64,000 bases of DNA from Terriglobia bacterium (GTDB taxonomy: Bacteria > Acidobacteriota > Terriglobia > Acidiferrales > UBA7541). The notes below the pieces were generated by a model. It ran no database searches. It saw nothing but the letters and a program-made list of their open reading frames with translations, and had not been told where the DNA came from. The number at the start of each line of letters is the position of its first letter. Within the stretch, counting starts at the first letter, position 1. The stretch covers positions 7,384-71,383 of the forward strand of contig JBGOVX010000002.1 in NCBI GenBank assembly GCA_041478355.1. The letters are read 5' to 3'. Shown piece after piece: positions 27,610-37,195 of the stretch. The translations under genes were made by a program, and so were the position numbers.

Positions 27610-28972
27610 CGATCAGATTGGCATCGACAAACCGGCCCCTCGGAGCCGCTTCACCTTGTCTGGCGCCACGGGGTCGCTGATGAATTGCCGGCTCGGAATT
27701 ATTCCCTTACCTGTCTACCTGGTTCTGTTCGCGCTGCTGGCCAGCTTCGCTCTCACCGGAAAAATCAATGGTGAGATCAACATGATGATGGCTGTACTGG
27801 CGCTGGGCGGTTTCACGTGCGCCGAAATCGGCAAACGCATTCCTTTTCTGCGTAGCGTGGGCGGCGCGGCGCTGGTTACCATTTTCCTTCCGTCTTATCT
27901 GGTGGACGCTCACTTTTTACCAGCGCAGTTGGTCCAGACGGTCACCACCTTCACCAATTCAACCAACTTCATCTACTTATTCATCACCGCGGTCGTCGTG
28001 GGAAGCATCCTGAGCATGGACCGCAAGGCCATGATCGAGGGCTTCATCAAGATCGTGGTGCCTCTCGCGGCCGGGTCCATTGTGGCGATCGTCGTGGGGG
28101 TCACGGTAGGTTGGCTGGCTGGCCTCGGTGCGCTGCGAAGCCTGTTTTTTGTGGTCATTCCCGTCATGGCCGGAGGAGTGGGCGAGGGAGCGATTCCGCT
28201 TTCAGCCGGATATTCGGAAATCCTCGGGCAGAACCAGGGGCAGGTGCTCGCGCAACTTTTGCCGCTGGTTTTCTTTGGCAACCTTACTGCCATCCTGATC
28301 TCGGGATTTTTGAATAGCCTCGGCAAGCGCTATCCACATCTGACAGGCAATGGCCGGCTTCAGCCTGGAACCGTTGATGAAGATAAAGGGACCGCCAAAC
28401 AGCACGACATTTCCGTCCACTCAAACGTTACTGCCATCGATGTCGGCACGGTCGCAGCCGGTGGGATCACCGCGATTACGGTGTACCTGACCGGCGTGCT
28501 GATTCACTCCCTCACAGGACTGCCCGCGCCGGTCGGCATGCTGTTCATCGCAGTTCTTCTCAAGTTAATGAGTGCCGTGCCTTCCGCGCTGGAGGAGGGT
28601 ACCCGGGTCGTGTTCCGGTTCTTTGTCACCGCCGTGACGTATCCGCTCCTATTCGCCACGGCTGTCGCACTGACGCCGTGGCATGAATTGGTCGCCGCGT
28701 TTCATCCGGCAAACCTGATCACCATCGTCGCAACGGTTTCTTCTCTGACCGCGACGGGCTACTTCGTCGGACGCTGGATCGGGATGTATCCGGTCGATGC
28801 GGCTATCGTGAACGCCACGCACAGCGGTCTTGGCGGAACCGGCGACGTCATGATCCTGACCGCTGCCGAGCGCATGGAGCTTATGCCTTTCGCACAAGTC
28901 GCCACGCGCATCGGCGGCGCAATCACGGTTACGCTGGCATTGATAGCGCTCTCGCGGATCGGATTACGGTGA
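27599..28972 (+). CDS. 2-hydroxycarboxylate transporter (2-HCT; CitS/MleP-like) family permease
   Basis: ORF trimmed to ATG 27599, which overlaps the CitE-like stop. 457 aa, polytopic, with the reentrant-loop-type motif GGVGEGAIPLS. Confidence 0.8.
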   Translation: MKNSDQIGIDKPAPRSRFTLSGATGSLMNCRLGIIPLPVYLVLFALLASFALTGKINGEINMMMAVLALGGFTCAEIGKRIPFLRSVGGAALVTIFLPSYLVDAHFLPAQLVQTVTTFTNSTNFIYLFITAVVVGSILSMDRKAMIEGFIKIVVPLAAGSIVAIVVGVTVGWLAGLGALRSLFFVVIPVMAGGVGEGAIPLSAGYSEILGQNQGQVLAQLLPLVFFGNLTAILISGFLNSLGKRYPHLTGNGRLQPGTVDEDKGTAKQHDISVHSNVTAIDVGTVAAGGITAITVYLTGVLIHSLTGLPAPVGMLFIAVLLKLMSAVPSALEEGTRVVFRFFVTAVTYPLLFATAVALTPWHELVAAFHPANLITIVATVSSLTATGYFVGRWIGMYPVDAAIVNATHSGLGGTGDVMILTAAERMELMPFAQVATRIGGAITVTLALIALSRIGLR

Positions 28973-29001
28973 CCTATGGGCACCCTCTGGATGCCCGCCG
29001 G

Positions 29002-30024
29002 TCAGGGCTGCACGTCGTAAACTTGCACCGCCATTTTGGCGTCCGGCTTGCCCTTGCCTGACACAGCGACGTAGAGCCGATTCAATTGCGGCACCAGAAG
29101 CGAGGTTTTGGCGCGATACCCCGTCGGGACATCCGTTACCCTGGTGTAGTGGTCGGCGTCGCGTTGCTCAAGAATCGACAGTGTCTCGGTTCCAGTCACA
29201 TAAATACGTTTACGTGGAACATCGAACCACATGTCGTCATTCATGTTCGCGCAGTCGAGCGACGTAACGACTTTTCCGGAATCGATGTCGTACACGAAAA
29301 ATTTTGCCGGCTTGCGCGTGGCGATAAACAGACGGCGATTCGGCTCATCGAGGACCAGCGAGTTGGGGACTTCGGCGTTCGGAATGGGCCACTGGGAAAT
29401 AAGCTTTCGCGTCTTCAAGTCAACCACTCCAACCTCCTTTGTGGTTGACAGATTGACATAGAGCTTTTTCCCATCGCGGTCGACGGCCATGGCCTCGGAA
29501 TGGTCTCCAGGAAGCGTAATGGTCCCGACGAGCTTGAACTTTTGGGGGTCAATAATGTTGATCAGGTGCGTTTTTCCTCCGGTTTCGCTGCCCCCGCTTT
29601 CGACGTAGTAGTTTTTATCGACCGGATTGAAAATAGCGCCGTCGACGCCGTTTGGAAGCTTGATTGTGTCGATGATCTTGTAATCCGCTCCATTGACTAG
29701 TTCCACCGCCCCGTTTTTGTCATCGCCGTCGGTTATGATGAGCCTGTTGGTAGCGGACACGAACAGTATCGCGTGCGGCGCCGCAAAGCCGGTGATGCTG
29801 TGAAGCCGCTTGCCGTCCAGGTCAAAAACCTCGACCGTCTGATGGTCCTCGGCCGTAAGGAACAGCCGCTTCCCTTTGAGGTCTATTCCGAAATGGTCGA
29901 AGTCACCGGTGAATCCCGGCAGAGGCGTAGTGGCCACCAGCTTGAGGAATTGCTTGTCCTGGGCGCTAACCTTCATGGTAAGCGCAATAAACAACAACAG
30001 ACCGATAGTCTGTATTTTTTTCAC
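29002..30024 (-). CDS. Secreted beta-propeller protein (YncE/YVTN-like repeats)
   Basis: ORF trimmed to GTG 30024, 8 nt after GGGAGG. Signal peptide KKIQTIGLLLFIALTMKVSAQ. Repeated DGKxLYV / NRLxIT blade-like segments. Confidence 0.7.
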   Translation of the reverse strand: MKKIQTIGLLLFIALTMKVSAQDKQFLKLVATTPLPGFTGDFDHFGIDLKGKRLFLTAEDHQTVEVFDLDGKRLHSITGFAAPHAILFVSATNRLIITDGDDKNGAVELVNGADYKIIDTIKLPNGVDGAIFNPVDKNYYVESGGSETGGKTHLINIIDPQKFKLVGTITLPGDHSEAMAVDRDGKKLYVNLSTTKEVGVVDLKTRKLISQWPIPNAEVPNSLVLDEPNRRLFIATRKPAKFFVYDIDSGKVVTSLDCANMNDDMWFDVPRKRIYVTGTETLSILEQRDADHYTRVTDVPTGYRAKTSLLVPQLNRLYVAVSGKGKPDAKMAVQVYDVQP

Positions 30025-30226
30025 TTTACATCCTCCCGTTAAGGAACAATCTATAGTTTTTGCTTTGCCGTTGTATGGAAATTGTCGAGCATTCCGGCCA
30101 CACCATTTCGCATCCATCCGGCGGATACTATTTACACCAGACTGCGACGGCTGTCACTGAACCTTTTTTTGGTAAACATTGGAATTCAAAAGAGGCAGAA
30201 CAGTATCATCTCGGAGGAGAAATAAG

Positions 30227-31795
30227 ATGCGCCGATTGGCGATAGCAATCCTGTTTTCGGCCGGTTGGATGTTCCTGGCAGGGGAGGCGTGCGCGCAGTC
30301 CTTCCAAGTAACGGAAACCTCCATCGACGACATTCACAAGGCGATGCGCGCGGGAACACTCACCTGCCACGATCTGGTCCAGCAATACCTTAATCGAATT
30401 CAAGCCTACGACCAGCAAGGCCCGAAGCTCAATGCGATGCTGTATGTGAATCCCCGAGCATTGCAGCAAGCCGATGCCATGGACCAGGAGTTCAAGCGCA
30501 CCGGTAAGATGAAACCACTCGGGTGCATTCCAATCGTATTGAAAGACAACTACGACACCGCGGACATGCCAACCACCGCCGGATCGATCTTGCTGAAGGA
30601 CGCGCAGCCGGAGAAGGATGCCTTTGTCGTCACTCGATTGAGAGAAAACGGCGCGCTTATCTTGGGCAAGGCAAACCTACAGGAATTTGCGTTAGGCGGG
30701 ATCACGGTGAGTTCCCTGGGCGGACAGACTAAGAATCCCTATGACCTCGCAAGGACTCCCGGGGGCTCCTCGGGCGGCACTGGCGCCGCTGTGGCCGCGA
30801 ACTTTGCAGCTGCGGGCACCGGGTCCGACACGGGTGGCTCGATACGCTCTCCCTCTTCCGCCAATAGCGTGGTGGGCATTCGGCCCACCGCCGGATTAAT
30901 TAGCCGTGATGGAATTGTGCCCATCTCCATTACTCAGGATACCGTTGGTCCCCTTACACGCACTGTGGCCGATGGTGCAACCATGCTCGACGCGATGGCC
31001 GGGTACGATCCGAATGACCCGGTTACGGGCTTAAGTACCGGGCACATTCCGCAAACCTACACGGCATACCTCAAGAACGGATTGAAGGGCGCGCGAATTG
31101 GCGTCCTCAAGACATTGTTCGGCAGCGGGCCGGACTTCGAAGAAGTGAATCGAGTCATGGCCAAGGCAATCGACGCGCTCAAGGAGCAGGGGGCGGAGGT
31201 CGTAACAGTTGAAGATGCCGCTCTGGATACTAATGACCTGCTGGCAAAAGTGAACGTAGAAGATTTTGAGCTAAAACCGGATCTCAATCATTATTTGGAG
31301 GGGCACGGCTCACGCGTCCCCGTACATTCGCTTGCCGAAATCATTGCTTCGGGCAAGTATGACAAGCCAACTCTGGAAAAGCGTATGGCGCTGGCCCAGA
31401 GCCATGAGGATAGCTTCAATGATCCCGAGTACAATAGGCGTCGCGTCAAAATGGATGCCTTGAAAATCGAAGTGGCCAGCCTGATGGCTCAAAACCATCT
31501 GGACGCGTTGGTTTATCCGTATCAAAAACTCCTGGTGGTCCCGATTGGCGAGACGTTTCAGCCGGAACGCAACGGCATCCTGGCGTCGGTGACAGGATTC
31601 CCGGCCATCGTCGTCCCTGCTGGGTTTTCCGCACCGACGGCCAATGCACCCATCGGAGTGCCGGTGGGAATCGAATTTCTTGGACGGCCTTGGGAAGAAC
31701 CGGAATTGCTGATGCTCGCCTACGGCTTCGAGCAGGCAACCCACGCTCGCAAACCGCCCGCATCAACTTCTGCCGGCCCCGGCAACAGTAAGTAG
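30227..31795 (+). CDS. Secreted amidase (amidase-signature family)
   Basis: ORF trimmed to ATG 30227, which follows GGAGGAG. Signal peptide MRRLAIAILFSAGWMFLAGEACAQ. LKDNYDT and TPGGSSGGTGAAVAA (GGSSGG). Confidence 0.9.
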   Translation: MRRLAIAILFSAGWMFLAGEACAQSFQVTETSIDDIHKAMRAGTLTCHDLVQQYLNRIQAYDQQGPKLNAMLYVNPRALQQADAMDQEFKRTGKMKPLGCIPIVLKDNYDTADMPTTAGSILLKDAQPEKDAFVVTRLRENGALILGKANLQEFALGGITVSSLGGQTKNPYDLARTPGGSSGGTGAAVAANFAAAGTGSDTGGSIRSPSSANSVVGIRPTAGLISRDGIVPISITQDTVGPLTRTVADGATMLDAMAGYDPNDPVTGLSTGHIPQTYTAYLKNGLKGARIGVLKTLFGSGPDFEEVNRVMAKAIDALKEQGAEVVTVEDAALDTNDLLAKVNVEDFELKPDLNHYLEGHGSRVPVHSLAEIIASGKYDKPTLEKRMALAQSHEDSFNDPEYNRRRVKMDALKIEVASLMAQNHLDALVYPYQKLLVVPIGETFQPERNGILASVTGFPAIVVPAGFSAPTANAPIGVPVGIEFLGRPWEEPELLMLAYGFEQATHARKPPASTSAGPGNSK

Positions 31796-31853
31796 GGACC
31801 AAACGCGTTCCAGCAAGTTTGATCACATGATTATTGGATCTATGGGTCAACGA

Positions 31854-32156
31854 CTAAGATAGTCCAAGGATATGGATTGCCACGCCCCATTTGCCGCCAG
31901 TTTGCTTATCAATTCGCACGACCACACCTGCGACGGCGTGGTTCATCGGACTACCCGGTTGGAAATCGGTCGTCACATAGACGTTCATGCCCAGGGTGTA
32001 ATGACCTGCCGGGGTGGAAAAATACAAGCCGTTCTGTGAAACATCGAAGGTAGTGCAATATTCCGGAGGCAAGCTCGGATCGAAGGGACGAATCCTCACG
32101 ACCTGCGATAGTTCAACTCGTGGCTGGCGGCGTCGCTCTTTGAACTCGGCAGTCAT
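31854..32156 (-). CDS. Single-domain PilZ protein (c-di-GMP receptor candidate)
   Basis: 100 aa. RxxxR (RRQPR) and DxSxxG (DVSQNG) motifs are both present. Confidence 0.65.
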   Translation of the reverse strand: MTAEFKERRRQPRVELSQVVRIRPFDPSLPPEYCTTFDVSQNGLYFSTPAGHYTLGMNVYVTTDFQPGSPMNHAVAGVVVRIDKQTGGKWGVAIHILGLS

Positions 32157-32248
32157 AGCAAAATCATTATCACAGGCTTGCCTGAAGTAAAAGCCGAATT
32201 CTTGACCTAATCTCGAAAGTGGCCTTAGGTAAAAATGCCAGATCCCAC

Positions 32249-33763
32249 CTATGCATAGTCGAACAACGACATAAACCCGTAGTCCATATGGAGTTGCTGG
32301 TGGCAGTGGAATAGCGTCAACCCCGGATTGCCGGCCACGAAGTCCACTTCCGCTTCCTGGTATCCTCCAACCATAAGCACGTCTTTGAAGATTCCGGCCG
32401 TGGGTTTCCCGGCCAAGTTAGTTAACTCAAAACTATGCCGGTGAAGATGGATTGGGTGAATGTCATCGCTGGCGTTGCGCATGCGGATGCGATAGCGCTT
32501 CCCTTCTTTCAGATGATACGAAGCCGGAACCATCGCGGTGTTTGGAAAAGACACTCCGTTGATGCTCCATTGATTGAAGCCTTCTTCCGCGGCATTCTTT
32601 TTTTCAAAAATCATCTGGAAAGTTTCATCGGGAGCCTGAGCAATCGCTCCAGGTTTCGCAAAGTGGGCATAGCTCCAGCGGAACGGCGGAGGCGCAACCC
32701 ATTGTGCTTTGCCGGTTCTGCCCGCGTACTCAACCACGATACCCATGCCATGCCGGCGATCATCATCGGCGAGATCACCCATCGTCCAGATACCCGGATG
32801 ATTCATTTCGACGATGGCGGAAATGCGCTCGCCTGTGCCCAGCCAGAGCACCGGCACTAGAGATGGATTGGGCACTGGATTTCCGTCCATTGCAACGACG
32901 CGGAAGGAGTGGCCCGGCAGTGCCAGACTGCGGATCTCGGTGGCGCTGCAATTCAAGACATGAAACAGGACTCGTTCCCCCTGTTTTACGCGGATGGGAT
33001 CGCCGTGGCCTCGCATCCGCCCATTGATCGTGAAAGAACCGTATCCCACTTCGTACCCATGCGGGATGCCCTTGGCGAGCGAAGCCTTCATCGCGGATTC
33101 ACCCTGATCTTCGAGAGTTTTCACGCGCGTCGCCGGGGACATGAAGTCCATCGCCATGTCGCCACCGCGGCTGAAGGTCGGCTCAAACTCCTTTAGGACT
33201 AGAAATATTTCGCGGTCGTATCGCCCCGGTTCGTGCTTCGGCTCGATGTAGACAGGCCCAACCAATCCGCTGTACATTCCTGCGGACAAATTTGCTCCGG
33301 CGCGGACGTGGGTATGATAAAAACGCAAGCCGGCAGGTTGTGGCGTAAACACGATGCGCCGCTTCCCCTGAGCAGGGATAAAGGGCGTGCCCTCCTCGGC
33401 CGCTCCGTCTACCTCGCTAGGAACCGCTTGACCATGCCAATGCACCTGCTCAGGTGTATCGGTCTGGTTGTCGATGTCAATCGTTACCGACTGTCCTTCC
33501 TTGAACCGAAGCAAAGGCCCAGGGAACTGTCCGTTATACGTGGCTAGTGAGACGATTCGATTGGGCGCAAGTTCGACGGGAGAAGTCTTGATCCGCAGCG
33601 TGTATAGCGGTGAGCCGAACTCGACGGGTGCGGCGGGCAATTGACTCTGCTTGCCTCGCAGTGCGACCTGCCCAAGGTTGACCTGCGGCGACAAAAGTGC
33701 CGCTCCAGCAGTCAAGCCCGCGGCCTTTAGAAACTGGCGTCTCGATTCGTCAGTCTTATTCAT
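32249..33763 (-). CDS. Tat-exported multicopper oxidase
   Basis: 504 aa. Tat motif SRRQFLKAAGLTAGAALL. Copper motifs HWHG, HTH, HPIHLHRH, HCHQQLHMDYGFM. Confidence 0.9.
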   Translation of the reverse strand: MNKTDESRRQFLKAAGLTAGAALLSPQVNLGQVALRGKQSQLPAAPVEFGSPLYTLRIKTSPVELAPNRIVSLATYNGQFPGPLLRFKEGQSVTIDIDNQTDTPEQVHWHGQAVPSEVDGAAEEGTPFIPAQGKRRIVFTPQPAGLRFYHTHVRAGANLSAGMYSGLVGPVYIEPKHEPGRYDREIFLVLKEFEPTFSRGGDMAMDFMSPATRVKTLEDQGESAMKASLAKGIPHGYEVGYGSFTINGRMRGHGDPIRVKQGERVLFHVLNCSATEIRSLALPGHSFRVVAMDGNPVPNPSLVPVLWLGTGERISAIVEMNHPGIWTMGDLADDDRRHGMGIVVEYAGRTGKAQWVAPPPFRWSYAHFAKPGAIAQAPDETFQMIFEKKNAAEEGFNQWSINGVSFPNTAMVPASYHLKEGKRYRIRMRNASDDIHPIHLHRHSFELTNLAGKPTAGIFKDVLMVGGYQEAEVDFVAGNPGLTLFHCHQQLHMDYGFMSLFDYA

Positions 33764-33772
33764 GGATCTGCG

Positions 33773-35077
33773 CTACGCTGGCTGTTTTGCAAACCCTGAC
33801 CGGCTAAGCTTCGCAATGTCCTCGCTTCGATTCACGTAGACTTTCCCGGCGCGAATCGTCGCCGAGCTTTGAAGCTTCTGCCGCCCGGTGCGCTTCTTTC
33901 GCGTGCTGTCAGTAAACGTAAACGACCCTTCACGAACCTCGAGGATGCTTATATCCGCCACCGTACCCGGCCGCAAAGTGCCCAGCTCGACGCCAAAATT
34001 GAACATGCGCGTAGGCCCGACAGTGGCGCGTTCAATCACCTGGTCCACGCTTAACCCGAGGAGCAGGAACTTCGAGAGTTCGGTGACCAGATCGTAGACC
34101 GGGCCGTTGTAACTCAGGCCTCCCAAATCAGTGCCGAACGTGTCGGGCAGGAAATTCTGTTGCGCGCATTTTTCCGCTACCTCCAGGCTCAGATGCGGCC
34201 CGCCGTCTCCCACGTCGAAAAAAACTCCTCGTTGCCGGCATTCGAGCATCTCCGGAATAAGCTTCCCGTTTGCATCGAGCGGTCCATTTGGCCGCGCTGT
34301 ATAGCAGTGCGTCAGCACATCGCCCTTGCGCAACTGGCGGAGTATCTGCGGCAGAGGAGAATAGGTATCCCCGATGTGCACCATCAAGGGGAGATGAGAA
34401 ATCTCCGCTGCCTCCAGCGCCCTTTTGAGGACCTCAAGGTCGTTCGCGCCAGCAATCTCTTTTGAAAGCCGGACCTTGATCCCTACGACATCGGGCTTGT
34501 TTGCATCGGCGGCCCGCGCCGTCAACTGCGGATTCACCCAATCGAGGTTTGAATAGTTCCCCACCAGGCCCATCAACGTGCCGCGAGCACCAATGTCCAC
34601 CAGCGCATAGATTCGAGTGGCCGAAGGTTTGATGACGTATTGCCGGAATCCGGCAATTGCAAAGTAACCGGTGGAGCCGGCATCTACCGCCGTGGTCACG
34701 CCACGGCCCAGGCAGTACTGATCCGCGTTCAGTCCGGTGGGGCCCACTCCTTCGAATACGTGCACATGCGAATCGATGAGCCCCGGCGTAACGATTTTGC
34801 CCTTGGCGGAAATAACACTGCTGGTTCCATCGGCGGGTATATCCGGCGCGAGCTGCAAAATCCTGCCGCTCTTCACCGCCACGTCGAGCGGCGCGTGCAA
34901 GTTCTGGCTGGGGTCGATGACCGTGCCGCCCTTGATCAACAAATCGCGGCTCTGGCTTAGTGCCTGGCCCATATCCTGGGGGGAGGAGAGAGGCGAAGCT
35001 ACCGCGCGGCCAAGACTACTTGAGGCCAGTAGGGGTGACCCGATCAGGAATTGAGAGAACTGGCGGCGTGTCAGCAT
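33773..35077 (-). CDS. Tat-exported amidohydrolase-superfamily metallohydrolase (dihydroorotase/deacylase-like)
   Basis: 434 aa. MLTRRQFSQFLIGSPLLASS. Metal motif DSHVHVF. Stop lies 9 nt before the MCO start. Confidence 0.85.
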   Translation of the reverse strand: MLTRRQFSQFLIGSPLLASSSLGRAVASPLSSPQDMGQALSQSRDLLIKGGTVIDPSQNLHAPLDVAVKSGRILQLAPDIPADGTSSVISAKGKIVTPGLIDSHVHVFEGVGPTGLNADQYCLGRGVTTAVDAGSTGYFAIAGFRQYVIKPSATRIYALVDIGARGTLMGLVGNYSNLDWVNPQLTARAADANKPDVVGIKVRLSKEIAGANDLEVLKRALEAAEISHLPLMVHIGDTYSPLPQILRQLRKGDVLTHCYTARPNGPLDANGKLIPEMLECRQRGVFFDVGDGGPHLSLEVAEKCAQQNFLPDTFGTDLGGLSYNGPVYDLVTELSKFLLLGLSVDQVIERATVGPTRMFNFGVELGTLRPGTVADISILEVREGSFTFTDSTRKKRTGRQKLQSSATIRAGKVYVNRSEDIAKLSRSGFAKQPA

Positions 35078-35165
35078 GAAGCACCTCTTTGATCCATTCG
35101 CTCGTTTAAGCCGGAATTTCCGGTCTTAGGTCTATCTTCCGAATGTTGGGTTGAATTGCATGAGT

Positions 35166-35645
35166 TTAGGCGAGAGCAATTAGTTCAATTTCGACACGCC
35201 CTCCGTGCAATCGAGCCACCTCGACCGTGGCGCGGGCGGGCGGGTGAGACGGAAAATAACGGCTGTAGACTTTACCCATCGCCTCAAAGTCGTTCATGTC
35301 TTTCAAATATACGGTCGTCTTCACCGTGCGATCGAGCGATGACTCGGCAGCTTCGAGGATGACTTTGAGGTTTTCCATAACACGCTCCGTTTGGCGAGTG
35401 ATGTCATCTTCGATCACCTGGCCGGTCTGCGGGTCGCGCGCGGTCTGGCCCGCTGCGAAGATGAATCCATTGGCCTTGATCGCCTGTGAGAAAGGTCCGA
35501 CTGGTTTTGGTGCTCGATTCGTCGCAATCACGCGTATATTGGTTCCCGAGGCAGCCTTATTTTCGGAACTGCCGGCTGCGCTGGGCACGACCACGGTGGC
35601 CAACCCGCTCGCAGCGGCGTCGCGCAGAAATGTTCTCCGGTTCAT
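35166..35645 (-). CDS. RidA/YjgF-family protein with Tat signal peptide
   Basis: 159 aa. MNRRTFLRDAAASGLATVVVPSAAG, then the RidA core (GPFSQAIKANGFIFAAGQ ... ARATVEVARLHGGRVEIE). Confidence 0.85.
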   Translation of the reverse strand: MNRRTFLRDAAASGLATVVVPSAAGSSENKAASGTNIRVIATNRAPKPVGPFSQAIKANGFIFAAGQTARDPQTGQVIEDDITRQTERVMENLKVILEAAESSLDRTVKTTVYLKDMNDFEAMGKVYSRYFPSHPPARATVEVARLHGGRVEIELIALA

Positions 35646-35815
35646 GTAGCTTCCCTCCTAACCGAAACCTCCGGTTTCAAATTCACTTTCCGGCAAGACG
35701 TTAGGCCAACCGTCATCTACTGTCAAGATGAGATCGCCAACAAGCGATAAACAACTTGACATTCATACTCATGAAAGTAACATGCTCTATCAGTGATGTC
35801 AGGCTAGGAGGTCCT

Positions 35816-37195
35816 ATGATGAATTCAAAGGATCAAAATCGTAGAGGATTTCTGAAGGGCAGTGCGGCTCTGGCCGGTTTGGCCGTGGGAGCTATACCCT
35901 TCGCGAATGGCAAGACACTCGCGGCCGAAACGCCGGAGGCAGGCTTTCCCCACGACCTGTCCTACGGCGAGCGTTCCCACTTCGAAACCACGATGCGCAC
36001 GTTAGCTCTGGGGGGCGTTCGTGACATTACTCCTGGTCTGCCACCGCCAGTTGGCGAGATGGGACAACGACTGACTCCGCTCCAGGATTCTGTGGGAATC
36101 ATCACGCCAGCTTCTCTCCACTTCATGACCGGCCGCGGTTCGCACCTTCCCGACATTGATCCTCGCGAGCACCGTCTCATGATTCATGGCATGGTGGACC
36201 GTCCCCTGGTCTTCACCATGGAGGAATTGAAGCGCCTCCCTTCTGTATCACGAATTTATTTTTTAGAGTGCACCGGAAATAGCGGTCTGTCGCACTATAA
36301 GTCCATGATGAAGTCGCTGCAGGTAGCGAATTCTCCTGCCTTGGCCAAGAGCACTTTCGTAATCCAGCAGGTCCATGGAAGAGCCGCTACCAGTGAATGG
36401 ACGGGGGTCCCCCTGTCCCTGCTGCTCAAGGAAGCCGGCGTGCAAAAGGATGCAAGCTGGCTGGTTGCCGAAGGGGCGGACGCTGGAAAGCATTCGAAGA
36501 GCATGCCGCTCGAAAAGGGCATGGACGATGTGCTGGTGGCGTACGCCCAAAATGGCGAGGCGCTGCGTCGCGAAAACGGTTATCCATTGCGGCTGGTCGT
36601 TCCCGGTTTCCAAGGGGTCAACAATGTGAAGTACATCAGCAGCATCAAGGTGACGGACAAACCTTATTACCTCAAAGTGGAAACCGCCAACTACACCAAT
36701 TTAAAGCCAGATGGCAAGGCCAGCTGGTACGAATATCAAGTCGGAGCGAAGTCCCTGATTACCTATCCGTCCGATGCGCACCAGTTGTCGGGTCGCGGTT
36801 TGTATGAAATCTCCGGCTTGGCCTGGTCCGGCAGAGGCGCTATCGCCAGAGTGGAAGTAAGCACCGACAGCGGGCGGACCTGGAAGGACGCACATCTTCA
36901 ACAGCCAGTGTTTCGAAAGGCATTCACGCGATTTCGTCTGCCCTGGAACTGGGACGGAGCAGAGACTCATATCATGTCTCGGTGCACCAATGAATACGGC
37001 GACATACAACCGACGATGATAGAGCTCGCCAAACTGTGGGGCGATTCTCGAGAACCTCACATACCGGCCAGTGAGATTGAGAAGTTTTGGGAAACCGCGG
37101 CAATCATGGAATTTCTCTCTAATCCAATTCAACCCTGGAAAGTGGGGCAAGACGGGAGTGTCCGAGATGCGCTGTACATCAATTTCAAAATCTAA
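35816..37195 (+). CDS. Tat-exported molybdopterin sulfite dehydrogenase (SorA/SoxC family)
   Basis: ORF trimmed to ATG 35816, which follows AGGAGG. NRRGFLKGSAALAGLAVGA. Mo-ligand Cys context FLECTGNSG. C-terminal dimerisation-domain-like region. Confidence 0.85.
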   Translation: MMNSKDQNRRGFLKGSAALAGLAVGAIPFANGKTLAAETPEAGFPHDLSYGERSHFETTMRTLALGGVRDITPGLPPPVGEMGQRLTPLQDSVGIITPASLHFMTGRGSHLPDIDPREHRLMIHGMVDRPLVFTMEELKRLPSVSRIYFLECTGNSGLSHYKSMMKSLQVANSPALAKSTFVIQQVHGRAATSEWTGVPLSLLLKEAGVQKDASWLVAEGADAGKHSKSMPLEKGMDDVLVAYAQNGEALRRENGYPLRLVVPGFQGVNNVKYISSIKVTDKPYYLKVETANYTNLKPDGKASWYEYQVGAKSLITYPSDAHQLSGRGLYEISGLAWSGRGAIARVEVSTDSGRTWKDAHLQQPVFRKAFTRFRLPWNWDGAETHIMSRCTNEYGDIQPTMIELAKLWGDSREPHIPASEIEKFWETAAIMEFLSNPIQPWKVGQDGSVRDALYINFKI

